Shown here: positions 20,937 to 31,572 of the stretch, piece after piece
Position numbering within the stretch: position 1 is the first letter of the stretch
How the letters are laid out: every line of letters begins with the position of its first letter
Origin: an uncultured delta proteobacterium
GTDB taxonomy: Bacteria; Myxococcota; Myxococcia; Myxococcales; Myxococcaceae
DNA length: 64,000 nucleotides
Direction: 5' to 3'
Assembly: GCA_963776345.1 (NCBI GenBank)
Contig: CAVZMH010000019.1
Location: 64,001 to 128,000, forward strand
Position numbers and translations under genes: made by a program
Notes under the pieces: generated by a model
The model's database searches: none
Told to the model about the DNA's origin: nothing
What the model saw: only the letters and a program-made list of their open reading frames with translations

Positions 20937-23900
20937 ATGCGCTGGAGCGGCTCGAGCCGCAGGAGACGGCTCCTCGGCGTGGGCCTGGTGCTCGCGCTGG
21001 TCGCCGGCGGGCTGACCTTCCTCTTCGTGGGCCGCTCGCGCCTGGCCTGGGACCGCGCCTGCACCCTTGCCCGGCGGCAGCTCCCGGGGCTGCTCGGCGC
21101 CGACGTGGGGCTCGGGCGCTGCGAGGTGGACCCGGCCGGGCGCAGCATCCGCATCTACGGCCTCTCCGCCGCGGCCCCCGGGAGCGAGCGGCCTTATTTT
21201 AGCGCCGACGAGGTCGAGGTGACCGTGGCCGGCGTGCAACCGCTCTCCGGGCGGCTGGAGCTGGAGCGGGTCCGGGTCATCCGGCCGCGCATCTGGCTCG
21301 ACCTCTCCCGCCCCCAGGCGAAGCCCCCGGCCGAGGGGTGCCCGCTGCGCGCGCTGGAGCACGTGCTGGTGGACACCCTCGAGGTGCGCGGCGCCGAGCT
21401 CCGGCTCTCGCTCCCCGCGGGCCGCAGGGTCGAGGTGGCGGGGGTGGAGCTGAGCTGGCGGACGCGCCGCCGCGATGCCGAGTTCACGCTCCGGACCTCG
21501 CAGGGCCTGCTGGACCTGGCGAACGGCCGGCCTCCGCTGGCGGTGGCGGGGCTGGCGGTGGAGGGGGCGCTGGCGCCCGGCGGCCGCGAGCTCGAGGTGA
21601 GTCGGGGGGAGCTGTCCATCGACGACGCGCAGCTGTCCTTCGCCGGTCGGGTGGACGACCTCTGCCGCCCGGCGCTCGCCCTGGACGCGCAGCTCTTCCT
21701 CCCGATGCGGATGCTGGCCCGGGTCGTGCCCCTGGGCGAGGTGTCGGGGCACCTCTGGGCCCAGGCCACCTTCTCCGGCCGGCTCCCGGACGTGCGCATC
21801 ACCGGCGAGCTCATCGGCAAGGGCGTGGCGCTCGGCGCGCTCCGTCCGGGGGACTTCACCCTTCGCGCGGCGATGGCCGGCCAGGACGTCAGCATCGGCG
21901 AGCTCACCGTGCCGGTGGGCCAGGGCTCGCTGCGGGCCAGCGGCGACCTCCGGCTCGTCCCCGGCCTGCCGCTCCGGGCGAAGGCCGAGCTCGACCAGGT
22001 GAGCCTCTTCCAGGTCTTCGAGCGCGTGGGCCTGCCCGGCGCCTGGGTGGACCTCCTCGCCACCGGCCCGGTGACCCTCTCGGGCAAGCTCGCGCCCGCG
22101 CCCGAGCTGCAGGGGCAGGCGGCACTGCAGATCTCCCGGTTCGTCACCTGGGGCCACGCCGTGGACCGGAAGGTTCCCGGGCCACCCATCCTCTCCGTCC
22201 CCGCCGGCGAGGTGACACTCGACCTCGGCATCCACCCCGACCGGGTAGAGCTCACCAACGGCAAGGTGAAGGTGGGCGCGGCGCGGGCGGTGGCCAATGT
22301 GGTCATCCCCTACGGTGGCCGGGCACCCATCACCATCGACGCCACCGCCGAGCCGCTGGTGCTCGAGGACGTGGGCAAGCTCGCCGACATCCCGCTGGGC
22401 GGGGTGGGCGCGGCGCGGGTCGCCATCCGGATCCCGGAGGGGGTGGCCCAGATCGACGGCGAGCTGGCGCTGCAAGACGCGATGTTTCGTGGCTTCGCCC
22501 TGGGCAACCTCTCCTCGCCGGTGACGCTTCGCGACGGGGTCCTCTCCTTCCCCGAGGCCACCGGGACGAAGGGGCGCACCGCCTACCAGGGCCGCGCGGT
22601 GCTCGACTTCCGCGGCGACAGCACCGAGGTGCACCTCGCGGCGAACGTCCCCAACGGCCGGGTGGAGGACCTGGTGGAGGTGCTGGCACAGGTCTCGCCG
22701 GCCGTCCAGCCGCTGCGCCGGGTGCTGGTGGGAAGCGCCCGGGGCGCGATCACGCTCGAGGGCCCGGGGGAGACGATGGAGGGCCGCTTCGACCTCGACC
22801 TCTCGGGGGTGAGCCTCTCCGGGCGGCGCCTCGGGGACGGAGCGCTCCACGCCCGGCTCGACCGGGGCAACGCCATCGCCCTGGACTCGCTCGCCTTGCG
22901 CGGGCCGCTGGGCACCTCGAAGGCCGAGGCCCGGTGGGATTTCGACGGCCCGCTGGCGGCGCGATTCCGCGTGGACGGGCTCCAGCTCGAGGAGCTGGTG
23001 GGGAGCGAACTGGCGCGGAGACTGCGGGCGCGGGGGACCTTGACGCTGGTCGGAACGGTGGGAGGGACCGACGAGGTGCCCGAGGTGGCGCTGACCGTGG
23101 GCGGACCCCAAGTTTACCTCTCCGGCCGGGCGCTCGGAGCCATGGCGCTCGAGGCCCGTATGGTGGGGGAGCAGCTGGAGCTGAAGGGGCGCCCGGTGGC
23201 GGACACCGACCTCCGGATGACCGCGCGAATCAAGAAGCCCTACCCGTACGAGGCGACGCTCAAGCTGGCGCTGGCAGACCTCCGGGCGCTGCTCCCGGAC
23301 ACCGCCGCGGCGCAGGGCCTGAACGGCTCGGCGAGCGGCGTCCTCACCTCGAGCGGCACGCTGTCCGAGCCGGAGTCCTCCCACGGGACGCTGCATCTCG
23401 ACAGCCTCAAGCTGCAGCGCGGCGAGTTCCGCGCCGAGAGCGACGGCCCGTGGGACCTGCGGTTCCGGGGCGGACGGGTGAGCACCGACGGGATCCGGCT
23501 GAAGGGGCCCGAGACGGAGCTCAGCGCCTCGGGGTTCCTCGAGGAGAACGCGATGGACGTCGCGGTCTCCGGTGCGGTGGACCTCCGGCTCCTCGAGTCC
23601 TTCCTTCCCACGCTGGAGCGGGCCTCCGGGCGGCTCGAGCTGCTCGGCACGGCGCGCGGTGAGCCCGCAGACCCGCAGATCGTCGGCACCGCCACCCTGG
23701 TGGACGCCGGGTTCCGGGTCCGCGGCCAGCCCATCGAGCTCCGGGGGCTGAAGGGCAGGCTCGACTTCAGCGAGTCGCGCATCCTCTGGAGCGACCTCGA
23801 GGGCCAGGCCAACGACGGGCGGATCGCCAGCCGCGGCGACGTGCGCTGGCGCCGTTTCCGCCCCGAGCAGCTGGAGCTCTCGGTGCAGCTGGACCAGGTG

Positions 23901-24851
23901 TCGGTCCGGCTGCTGGAGGACGCGCCATTCGCCGCCACCGGAGAGCTCACCCTGACCGGCAGGCCCGGAGCCTTCCTCCTCGCCGGGGACATCGACGTGC
24001 AGCGGCTGCGCTACCGCCGTCCGTTCGGCTTCGACACGCTGCTCGCGCGAGCCAACCGGCCGACCGCGCCCGGCGAGGCGCCGAGCGAGTGGCTCCAGCT
24101 CGACGTGGCGCTGCACCTCAAGGACGCCGCGGTGGAGAACAACCTCGCCCGGGCGCGCATCGTGGGCGACCTGCGCCTCACCGGGAGCAACCTGCACCCC
24201 GGTCTGGTCGGCGCCATGGAGGCCGGGCCGGGGAGCCAGGCCTTCTTCCGCGGGACCACCTTCAACCTCACCCAGGGCTCGGTCGACTTCAAGGACCGCC
24301 GCAGCCTGGAGGGCGTGTTCGACGTGCGCGCCGAGACGCAGGTGCGCGAGTACCTCATCCGGCTCCACGCCTTCGGGAAGACCAGCCAACCTCAAGTCTT
24401 GCTCTCCAGCGAGCCCAGCCTGCCCGAGGGTGATGTCATCTCCCTCCTCACCCTGGGAGTGACCTCGCGCGACAGGGCCAACAGCAACACCACCACCACC
24501 GGCGCGGGCATCGCCGCCGAGGCGCTCTACCAGGCCTCGGGCCTGGACCAGCAGGTGCAGAAATTCCTGCCCCGGAACTCGGTCATCCGCGACCTGAGCT
24601 TCCACGTCTCCACGCTCTACAACGACGCCAACGGCCTGGTGGAGCCGACGGTGCAATTGGAGTCGAAGTTCCTCACCGACCAGCTTAAGCTCGGTCTTTC
24701 CCAGCCGGTGTCGGGCAAGGGAACCCGGGCCCTCGCCGAGTACCGCTTCGACGATCGCGTCTCCGCCCTGATCCAGTGGGACAACGTGTACAACGACGTT
24801 CCGATCGGGAATCTGGGCGTGGATCTGAAACTCCGCTGGGAGGTCGAGTAG
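20937..24851 (+). CDS. TamB/AsmA-like large periplasmic protein
   Basis: N-terminal TM anchor, long beta-rich body, LSSEPSLPEGDVISLL near C-terminus; precedes an Omp85 gene. Start 20931 or 20937. Confidence 0.8.
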   Translation: MRWSGSSRRRRLLGVGLVLALVAGGLTFLFVGRSRLAWDRACTLARRQLPGLLGADVGLGRCEVDPAGRSIRIYGLSAAAPGSERPYFSADEVEVTVAGVQPLSGRLELERVRVIRPRIWLDLSRPQAKPPAEGCPLRALEHVLVDTLEVRGAELRLSLPAGRRVEVAGVELSWRTRRRDAEFTLRTSQGLLDLANGRPPLAVAGLAVEGALAPGGRELEVSRGELSIDDAQLSFAGRVDDLCRPALALDAQLFLPMRMLARVVPLGEVSGHLWAQATFSGRLPDVRITGELIGKGVALGALRPGDFTLRAAMAGQDVSIGELTVPVGQGSLRASGDLRLVPGLPLRAKAELDQVSLFQVFERVGLPGAWVDLLATGPVTLSGKLAPAPELQGQAALQISRFVTWGHAVDRKVPGPPILSVPAGEVTLDLGIHPDRVELTNGKVKVGAARAVANVVIPYGGRAPITIDATAEPLVLEDVGKLADIPLGGVGAARVAIRIPEGVAQIDGELALQDAMFRGFALGNLSSPVTLRDGVLSFPEATGTKGRTAYQGRAVLDFRGDSTEVHLAANVPNGRVEDLVEVLAQVSPAVQPLRRVLVGSARGAITLEGPGETMEGRFDLDLSGVSLSGRRLGDGALHARLDRGNAIALDSLALRGPLGTSKAEARWDFDGPLAARFRVDGLQLEELVGSELARRLRARGTLTLVGTVGGTDEVPEVALTVGGPQVYLSGRALGAMALEARMVGEQLELKGRPVADTDLRMTARIKKPYPYEATLKLALADLRALLPDTAAAQGLNGSASGVLTSSGTLSEPESSHGTLHLDSLKLQRGEFRAESDGPWDLRFRGGRVSTDGIRLKGPETELSASGFLEENAMDVAVSGAVDLRLLESFLPTLERASGRLELLGTARGEPADPQIVGTATLVDAGFRVRGQPIELRGLKGRLDFSESRILWSDLEGQANDGRIASRGDVRWRRFRPEQLELSVQLDQVSVRLLEDAPFAATGELTLTGRPGAFLLAGDIDVQRLRYRRPFGFDTLLARANRPTAPGEAPSEWLQLDVALHLKDAAVENNLARARIVGDLRLTGSNLHPGLVGAMEAGPGSQAFFRGTTFNLTQGSVDFKDRRSLEGVFDVRAETQVREYLIRLHAFGKTSQPQVLLSSEPSLPEGDVISLLTLGVTSRDRANSNTTTTGAGIAAEALYQASGLDQQVQKFLPRNSVIRDLSFHVSTLYNDANGLVEPTVQLESKFLTDQLKLGLSQPVSGKGTRALAEYRFDDRVSALIQWDNVYNDVPIGNLGVDLKLRWEVE

Positions 24852-27800
24852 CCTTCCTCCTCACGGTGCTCCTCGCCGCCGGCTCCGTCCGCGCGCAGGG
24901 CCCGGCGCCGTCCACCGAGGGCCCGCCGGTCGCCTCGGTCAATCTGCAGCTGCGCGGGGGCGGCAAGGTGCCGGCGGATCTGATGGGCCTGGTGGCGGTG
25001 AAGCCGGGAGCCCCGCTGTCCGGCCGCGCGGTGCGGCGGAGCATCGAGCGCCTCTTCTCCACCGGCCGCTTCTCGGACGTGGTGGCCCGCGGCGACGAGA
25101 GCCCCGACGGCCTGGTGGTCACCTTCGAGCTGGCCCCGGTGGTGCGCATCACCCGCATCGAGGTGACCGGCGCGAAGGCGCTCGGAACGGACGACGTGCT
25201 CGCGGCGGCCCGGCTCTCCGCCGGCTCCGAGTTCTGGCCCGAGCGGCTGGACGAGGCGCGCGCCGGTCTCCTCGCGGCGTACGCCCGCCGGGGCTGGAAC
25301 CAGTGCCGGATCTCCGCGACGGCGGAGCCCGCCGGGAACGACGTCGTCGTCCGGCTGGGGATCGCCGAGGGCGAGCCCACCCGGGTCAGCGCCGTCCGCT
25401 TCGATGGCCAGCCGGGGCTCTCCACCGAACGGCTCGCCTCGGCGTTCGGGCTCCGGGTGGGAGACATCCTCGACCGGAGCCGGCTGGACCCGGGCGCCGA
25501 GGCGGTGCGAACGCTCTACCGCGAGACGCGCCATGCCCGAGCCCGGGTGGGCGCGCCGCGGGTGACGCTCGACGGCACCAGCGCGGTGGTCAGGGTGCCG
25601 GTCGACGCCGGCCCGGCGTTCACCCTTCGCATCGAGGGGAACCGCCGTTACCCGTCCTCGTGGCTCCGCGGGGCGCTGGCCATCGATCCGGCCGAGACGC
25701 TCGACCGCTCGGTCCTGGAGCGCGAGGCCCGCCGCCTGGAGGCGTTCTACCGTTACCGGGGCTTCCGGAACGTGCGGGTGGAGCCGCGGGAGTCGCTGAG
25801 CCCGGATGCCACCCGCGCGGTGGTGGTGTTCCACGTGGCCGAGGGCCGCCAGGTTCGGGTACGCACGGTCCGGTTCGAGGGCCGCTCCGGGCTCTCCGAG
25901 GGCGAGCTGCGGACCGTGCTCGATCGCGTGGTGCGCGATCGCACTCCCGAGCCCGGCGAGCAACGGCTCCAGTCGGACCCGCTGCAGCTCGACGGACGGG
26001 TCGCCACCGACGGCCGTCCGGACACACCGGATCCGCCGCCCGCCGAGGTCTTCGTCGAGGAGGCGTGGCGAGACGCCGCCGAGGCGATGCAGCGGGCCTA
26101 CCGCGAGCTGGGCTGGGTCGAGGCGAAGGTGTCGCTGCTGGGCGCGACCGAGGACGTCCCCTCGGGCACGCTGGACGTCGGTTTCCGCATCGAGGAGGGC
26201 GTGCGCACCTGGGTCCGGGCGGTGAGCTTCGAGGGGCTGCCCGCGGGTTTCGCTCCGCCCGAGCTTCCGATGCTCCGCCCGGACCAGCCCTTCAGCCACG
26301 CGCGACTGGAGGAGGCGGTGAGCGCCACGGTCCGGCAGCTCGGCCGGGCGAGCTACCTCTTCGCCCAGGTGACGGCGCGGCCGGGGTTCTCCGCCGACCG
26401 GACAGCGGCCGAGCCCGTGCTGGTGGTCGACCCCGGTCCGGGGGTCCGGGTGGGGCAGGTGGTGGTGCGCGGGCTCCAGCGGACGGACGAGGCGCTGGTC
26501 CGGGCGAACCTCAAGATGGCCCCGGGCGCCCCCCTGGACCCCGACGCGCTGTTCCAGACCCAGCGGGAGCTTCTCCTTCTCGGCCTGTTCCGCACCGCCT
26601 CGGTGCGGCTCATCTCGCCGGACACGCCCGAGCCGGTGAAGGACGTGGTGATCGAGCTGCGCGAGCGCCCCCGGCTGTCGGGGAGCGTCGGGGTGGGCTA
26701 CTCGCTCGAGGACGGGCCCCGCATCATCGGCGACCTCGCCTATCCCAACGTCTTCGGCCAGGGCATCAACTTCACCCTGCGCGGCAAGCTCAACTACGTG
26801 GGGCTGAGCGCGCTGCCGCTCCAGGACTACGTCGACGGCTCCAACCTCCAGGGCCTCAACGGGCTGGACTTCAACATCAACGCCGGGCTGTCGCAGCCGC
26901 GCATCTACCAGTTCCTCCCCGCACGGGTGGGCGCGCGGCTGAACGTCACCGCCGAGCGGGTGCACCGGCCCACCTACTTCTTCGGCCGCGTCGCCGCGCT
27001 GCTCGGCGTGGACTGGACCATCACCCGCTGGCTGCAGCTGACCGGGAACTACCTCATCGAGAACGTCCTGGTCCGGGCCCAGCCGGGCGTCGGAGACCTG
27101 CTCCAGCCGAACCGGACGGACGCCGAGCGGCTGCGCTTCCCCACCGGCAACTTCTTCATGCAGACGATCGGGACGAGCCTCGCCTTCGATTTCCGGGACG
27201 AGCCGGCCAACCCGCACGCGGGCCTGTTGATCGCCGCGACCGGCGAGGTGACCAAGGACATCAGCGCCGAGACCACCGACGTCAACGGGGAGAACGCGGT
27301 GCCGGCGAGGATCTTCACCTTCAAGGCGGCCGGGGGAATCACCGGATACGTGCCGCTCGGGCCGCGGGTGGTGATGGCCCTGTCCGTCCGGGGCGGGAAG
27401 ATCTTCGCCCTCGAGCCGGACAGCCTCATCATCACCCCCAAGCGCTTCTTCCTCGGCGGGGCGACCACGCTCCGGGGCTTCCGCGATGACGCGGTCATCC
27501 CCGAGGACGTCCGCGGCGAATACGCCCGCGAGCGGGCCTCCTGCGACGCGCTGGCCTGGACGGGAGGGTGCACCAGCCGCGCCCTGGCCCTCCGGAATGG
27601 AGGAACGCTCCCCTCCGAGGGCGGGACCCTGTTCGAGCTGGCCAAGCTGGAGTTCCGGATCCCGCTGGCCGGCGACTTCGAGCTCGGCACGTTCCTCGAG
27701 GCGGGAAACCTCTGGTACTCGGCCGCCGCCTGGAAGCCGCTCGCCCTCCGGCCGGTGGCGGGCGCGGGGGTACGGTACGTCACCCCCGTGGGTCCCCTGG

Positions 27801-27886
27801 CGCTGGACGTGGGCTTCAACCTGTCGCCGGACGACCGTCTCAACGAGCCCATCTTTGCCATTCAATTCAGCGTCGGTGTGTTCTGA
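24776..27886 (+). CDS. Omp85 (BamA/TamA-family) outer membrane protein with POTRA domains; start uncertain
   Basis: POTRA-like repeats, FFLGGATTLRGF, GVRYVTPVGPL, terminal Phe. Confidence 0.88.
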   Translation: MGQRVQRRSDRESGRGSETPLGGRVAFLLTVLLAAGSVRAQGPAPSTEGPPVASVNLQLRGGGKVPADLMGLVAVKPGAPLSGRAVRRSIERLFSTGRFSDVVARGDESPDGLVVTFELAPVVRITRIEVTGAKALGTDDVLAAARLSAGSEFWPERLDEARAGLLAAYARRGWNQCRISATAEPAGNDVVVRLGIAEGEPTRVSAVRFDGQPGLSTERLASAFGLRVGDILDRSRLDPGAEAVRTLYRETRHARARVGAPRVTLDGTSAVVRVPVDAGPAFTLRIEGNRRYPSSWLRGALAIDPAETLDRSVLEREARRLEAFYRYRGFRNVRVEPRESLSPDATRAVVVFHVAEGRQVRVRTVRFEGRSGLSEGELRTVLDRVVRDRTPEPGEQRLQSDPLQLDGRVATDGRPDTPDPPPAEVFVEEAWRDAAEAMQRAYRELGWVEAKVSLLGATEDVPSGTLDVGFRIEEGVRTWVRAVSFEGLPAGFAPPELPMLRPDQPFSHARLEEAVSATVRQLGRASYLFAQVTARPGFSADRTAAEPVLVVDPGPGVRVGQVVVRGLQRTDEALVRANLKMAPGAPLDPDALFQTQRELLLLGLFRTASVRLISPDTPEPVKDVVIELRERPRLSGSVGVGYSLEDGPRIIGDLAYPNVFGQGINFTLRGKLNYVGLSALPLQDYVDGSNLQGLNGLDFNINAGLSQPRIYQFLPARVGARLNVTAERVHRPTYFFGRVAALLGVDWTITRWLQLTGNYLIENVLVRAQPGVGDLLQPNRTDAERLRFPTGNFFMQTIGTSLAFDFRDEPANPHAGLLIAATGEVTKDISAETTDVNGENAVPARIFTFKAAGGITGYVPLGPRVVMALSVRGGKIFALEPDSLIITPKRFFLGGATTLRGFRDDAVIPEDVRGEYARERASCDALAWTGGCTSRALALRNGGTLPSEGGTLFELAKLEFRIPLAGDFELGTFLEAGNLWYSAAAWKPLALRPVAGAGVRYVTPVGPLALDVGFNLSPDDRLNEPIFAIQFSVGVF

Positions 27887-27921
27887 GCTGTCCCCTGTCG
27901 AGTCACCCCGAGGGAGGGCAC

Positions 27922-29726
27922 ATGGCAGAACGGAAGTCACGGCGGCGGTTCCTGGCGGAGGGCGCGCTGGCGCTGGCGGGGGTGGCGGCGGGCAGCGCGA
28001 GGGCCGGGCCCGACGGGGGCTCCCCGGCCGGCTCGGGCACGGGCAGCATCTTCTCCGGGACGCCGGGAGAGGCGGCAGGTCCGCCCGGTCCGGCCATCAC
28101 GCCCGAGACCTTCGTCCAGGCCGAGAAGCTGATGCGGGTGAGCATGACGCCCGAGCAGCGGACGATGGCCGCCGAGTCCTGGAACCTCAACATCGGCCCG
28201 TTCTTCGCACGGCGCGACTTCCCGCTCGATGACGAGGCGCCCGGCATGGTCTGGAACCCGGTGCTGCGCGGAACCGGACGGATGCCGAAGAAGAACCGCG
28301 TGGTGCGCTCGAGCTGGAGCGCGCGGAAGCCGCCCGGGGACGAGGAGCTGGCCTTCGCCCCGGTGCACCTGCTCTCGCGCTGGGTGCAGGCCGCGGCAGG
28401 TCTCGTCGGTGCGGCTGACCGAGCTCGCCCTGGCGCGGCTGGAGCGCTACCAGCCGCAGCTCAACTGCACCATCACCCTGGTGCGCGAGCAGGCGCTGGC
28501 CGAGGCGGAGGCCGCGGACCGGGAGATCGCCCGCGGGAAGTACCGGGGGCCGCTGCACGGCATCCCCTATGGCGCCAAGGATTCTCCTGGACACCGCGGG
28601 CATCCGGACCACCTGGGGCGCCGAGCCGTTCCGGAACCGCGTGCCGAAGGAGGACGCCACCGTCATCGCCCGCCTGCGCGCCGCCGGCGCCATCCTGGTG
28701 GCCAAGCTGTCCCTGGGCGCGCTGGCCCTGAACGACGTCTGGTTCGGCGGGAGGACGAGCAACCCCTGGTTCCTCGAGGAGGGCTCGGGCGGTTCGAGCG
28801 CCGGCTCGGGCGCGGCGGTCTCCGCGGGGCTGGTCCCGTTCGCCATGGGGAGCGAGACCTTCGGGAGCATCGTCGACCCCTGCATGCGGTGCGGCACCAC
28901 CGGGCTCCGCCCCACCTTCGGACGGGTCCCGCGGACCGGCGCCATGGCGCTCTCCTGGAGCCACGACAAGCTCGGGCCCATCACCCGCTCGGTGGAGGAC
29001 ACCGCCCTGGTGCTGGCCGCCATCTCCGGGCCGGACCCGGCGGACCTCTCGTCCTTGCCGAGCCGGTTCGCGTTCGATGCGACCCGCCCGGTGAAGGGCC
29101 TGAAGATCGGCATGGTCCCGTCCTGGATGACCGGGCCGGCGGCGAGCGAGGTCGAGCCGGCGGCGATGGCGGCCCTCGAGCGGCTCGGGGCGCGCCGGGT
29201 GGACCTCGCGTTTCCCGACCTGCCCTGGGCGGCCCTCCAGTCCCTGGTCCTGGCCGACGCGGCGGCGTCCTTCGAGCGGCTCACGCTCGCCGGCGAGGAC
29301 GCGCAGCTCCGGATGCAGGTGCGCGATGCCTGGCCGAACCTCTTCCGCCAGTCTCGCTTCATCTCCGCGGTGGACTACGTGCAGGCAGACCGGCTGCGCC
29401 GGCACGTGGCGAAGGTGTGGGCCGAGCAGATGGCCAAGGTGGACGTGCTGCTCACCCCCTCGCTCCGGGACGAGCCGCTCTCCACCAACTCCACCGGGCA
29501 CCCGTGCCTCGTCGTCCCGGCCGGCTGGGTGATGATCGACCGGATCCGCAGCGACTGGCTCCCGCCGCCGGGCCAGCAGCACCCGCCGGTCTCCCCACCG
29601 CGCCGGGTGCCCTACGGCGTCTCGCTCATCGGCCATCTGTGGGACGAGGGCACCCTGTGCACGGTGGGCCTGGCGCTCGAGGGGGCGATGAAGATGACCG
29701 ACGCCCATCCGCCCGGATTCGCGTGA
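27922..29726 (+). pseudogene. Amidase-signature enzyme with Tat signal, broken by 1-base insertions near 28393 and 28583; possibly assembly errors
   Basis: SRRRFL Tat motif; GPLHGIPYGAKD in a second frame; LLDT...GGSSAGS...GSETFGSI in a third frame. Confidence 0.85.
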
Positions 29727-30280
29727 ACACGGTGCCCGAGCGACGCACGGCGCGGCTCCTGCTCCGGGGCTTCCGTGGCGACGACCTCGAGACGCTGGCG
29801 GCGCTGAATGCGGACCCGGCCGTGATGGAGCACCTGCCGGGGCCGATGACCCTCCAGGACTCGGCCGCGCAGCTCGCCCGGTTCCGGCAGCAGTGGGAGG
29901 AGCACGGGTTCGGGTGGTGGGCGGTGGAGGTCCCGGGCGTCGCCCCTTTCATCGGCTGGGTGGGACTCGCCCGGCCGCGGTTCGAGGCGCACTTCACCCC
30001 CTGCGTGGAGATCGGCTGGAGGCTCGCCGCCGCGCACTGGAACCAGGGGTACGCGACCGAGGGCGCCCGGGAGGCGCTCCGGTTCGGCTGGGCCCTGGAG
30101 TCGCCCAGGCTCGAGGAGATCGTGGCCTTCACGGTGCCGGCCAACCACCGCTCGAGACGGGTGATGGAGAAGCTCGGCTTGCTCCACGACCCGCGAGACG
30201 ACTTCGAGCACCCAAGGCTCCTGCCTGGGCACCCGCTGCGTCCCCACGTCCTCTACCGGATCCGCCGGGGGCCGGCGTGA
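29723..30280 (+). CDS. RimJ/RimL-type GNAT acetyltransferase
   Basis: GTGA overlap; TARLLLR, VEIGWRL, WNQGYATE, N.RSRRVMEKLG. Confidence 0.9.
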   Translation: MNTVPERRTARLLLRGFRGDDLETLAALNADPAVMEHLPGPMTLQDSAAQLARFRQQWEEHGFGWWAVEVPGVAPFIGWVGLARPRFEAHFTPCVEIGWRLAAAHWNQGYATEGAREALRFGWALESPRLEEIVAFTVPANHRSRRVMEKLGLLHDPRDDFEHPRLLPGHPLRPHVLYRIRRGPA

Positions 30281-30363
30281 AACCCATGGACCGACCACAG
30301 TCCCGATGAGTGGACCCCTCTCGCAGGCCCGCATTGCTGGGCCCTTGCTCGAGGTCCGGACTG

Positions 30364-30420
30364 GACAGGAAACTCACCTGTCTATTTCCCAGAATTACTC
30401 AGGTGAGTTTCCTGACTTTT
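30364..30420. repeat. AT-rich inverted repeat (15-bp perfect arms, 19-nt spacer); REP-like element or terminator
   Basis: CAGGAAACTCACCTG 30366-30380 and CAGGTGAGTTTCCTG 30400-30414, followed by a T-run, between convergent genes. Confidence 0.8.
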
Positions 30421-30468
30421 TAGGGGACCCTCGTCGCGACGTCCTCGAATCGTCGCGGCTGAAGGGAC

Positions 30469-31572
30469 TCAGCCGACGGTCTGCGCGAGGAGCCACTCGA
30501 AGGCCCCCGGGCGCCGGGCGAGCGACGTCACCACCCGCTGGCGGAGCGCCGGCCGCTGGGCGAGGCCGAGCACCGCCCAGGCGGTCCAGGCGTACTTCCG
30601 GAACTCCCGTCGCGACATCACGCTGAAGGGCCGGAACGCGCGGACGTCCCCTCCGCGGCGTACCGCGTCCGGGAGACAGCCAGCGAGCGCCTCGGCGCAC
30701 ACCAGCGCCACCGACATGCCCTCGCCGGTGATGGCGTCGACGTAGCCGCCGGCGTCCCCCAGCAGCGCGAACCGCTCGGCGACGCGCCGGCGGGCGAGTT
30801 GCAGGAAGGGTCCGGCGCCGCGGGGCTCGGAGTCCGGCTCGGCGTCCGCGAGTCGCCGGCCGAGGAGCGGGAACCGCGCCAGCAGCGAGTCGACCGATGC
30901 CCGCGAGTAGAGCTGCCCGTCCGACCAGAGGAAGGCCACCCCGACGCGCGAGGGGCCGCAGGGGGTCACGTACGCCTCGGCATGCGTCGACAGGTGCACC
31001 TCGACCCGGTCGGTCCACGGCTCGGCGCGGAAGTGCTGCCGGAGCCCGAACCGCCGGGCGCCCCGCGCGGGGGCCTCGAGGCCCTCTGCTCGCCGGAGCG
31101 GCGAGTGCAGGCCGTCGGCGGCGACGAGTACCCGGGCCGCGAGCGAGCCTGTGTCGGTCTCGAGCAGCATCTCCTCCGCCGTCCGTCGATGGGAGCGCAG
31201 CGCGGTCCGGTCGCGGACGTCGACCCCCGAGGCCCGGGCCACCTCGAGGAGCGCCGAGGAGAGCGCGGTCCGGCGGATGCCGAGCCCTCCGGTCCCGGGC
31301 AGCGCGCCCTCCAGGCTGCTCCCGTCCTCCTGCACGTAGCGCACGCCCCGGATGGGGCCCGAGTCCGAGGCCGGGATGCGGTCCAGCGCTCCCAGCCGCG
31401 CGAGCACTGCCAGTCCCGCCGGCATCACGCCCTCGCCGCAGGCCTTGTCGTGGGGAAGCGGCGCGCGCTCGAGCAACGTCACCGAGAGCCCGCGGCGCGC
31501 GGCGAGGGCCGCCACCGCGAGCCCCGCCGGGCCGCCGCCCACCACCGCGACGTCGACGACGGGCGAGCTCAC
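30469..31572 (-). CDS. FAD-dependent oxidoreductase
   Basis: VVGGGPAG, DKACGEG, AADG, GDA.GYVDAITGEG; GTGA overlap. Confidence 0.88.
   Translation of the reverse strand: MSSPVVDVAVVGGGPAGLAVAALAARRGLSVTLLERAPLPHDKACGEGVMPAGLAVLARLGALDRIPASDSGPIRGVRYVQEDGSSLEGALPGTGGLGIRRTALSSALLEVARASGVDVRDRTALRSHRRTAEEMLLETDTGSLAARVLVAADGLHSPLRRAEGLEAPARGARRFGLRQHFRAEPWTDRVEVHLSTHAEAYVTPCGPSRVGVAFLWSDGQLYSRASVDSLLARFPLLGRRLADAEPDSEPRGAGPFLQLARRRVAERFALLGDAGGYVDAITGEGMSVALVCAEALAGCLPDAVRRGGDVRAFRPFSVMSRREFRKYAWTAWAVLGLAQRPALRQRVVTSLARRPGAFEWLLAQTVG

Noticed and set aside
28229..30280. Apparent amidase-GNAT fusion ORF of 683 aa
   Set aside because: Product of the frameshifts; the middle is shadow sequence and the GNAT has its own GTG at 29723
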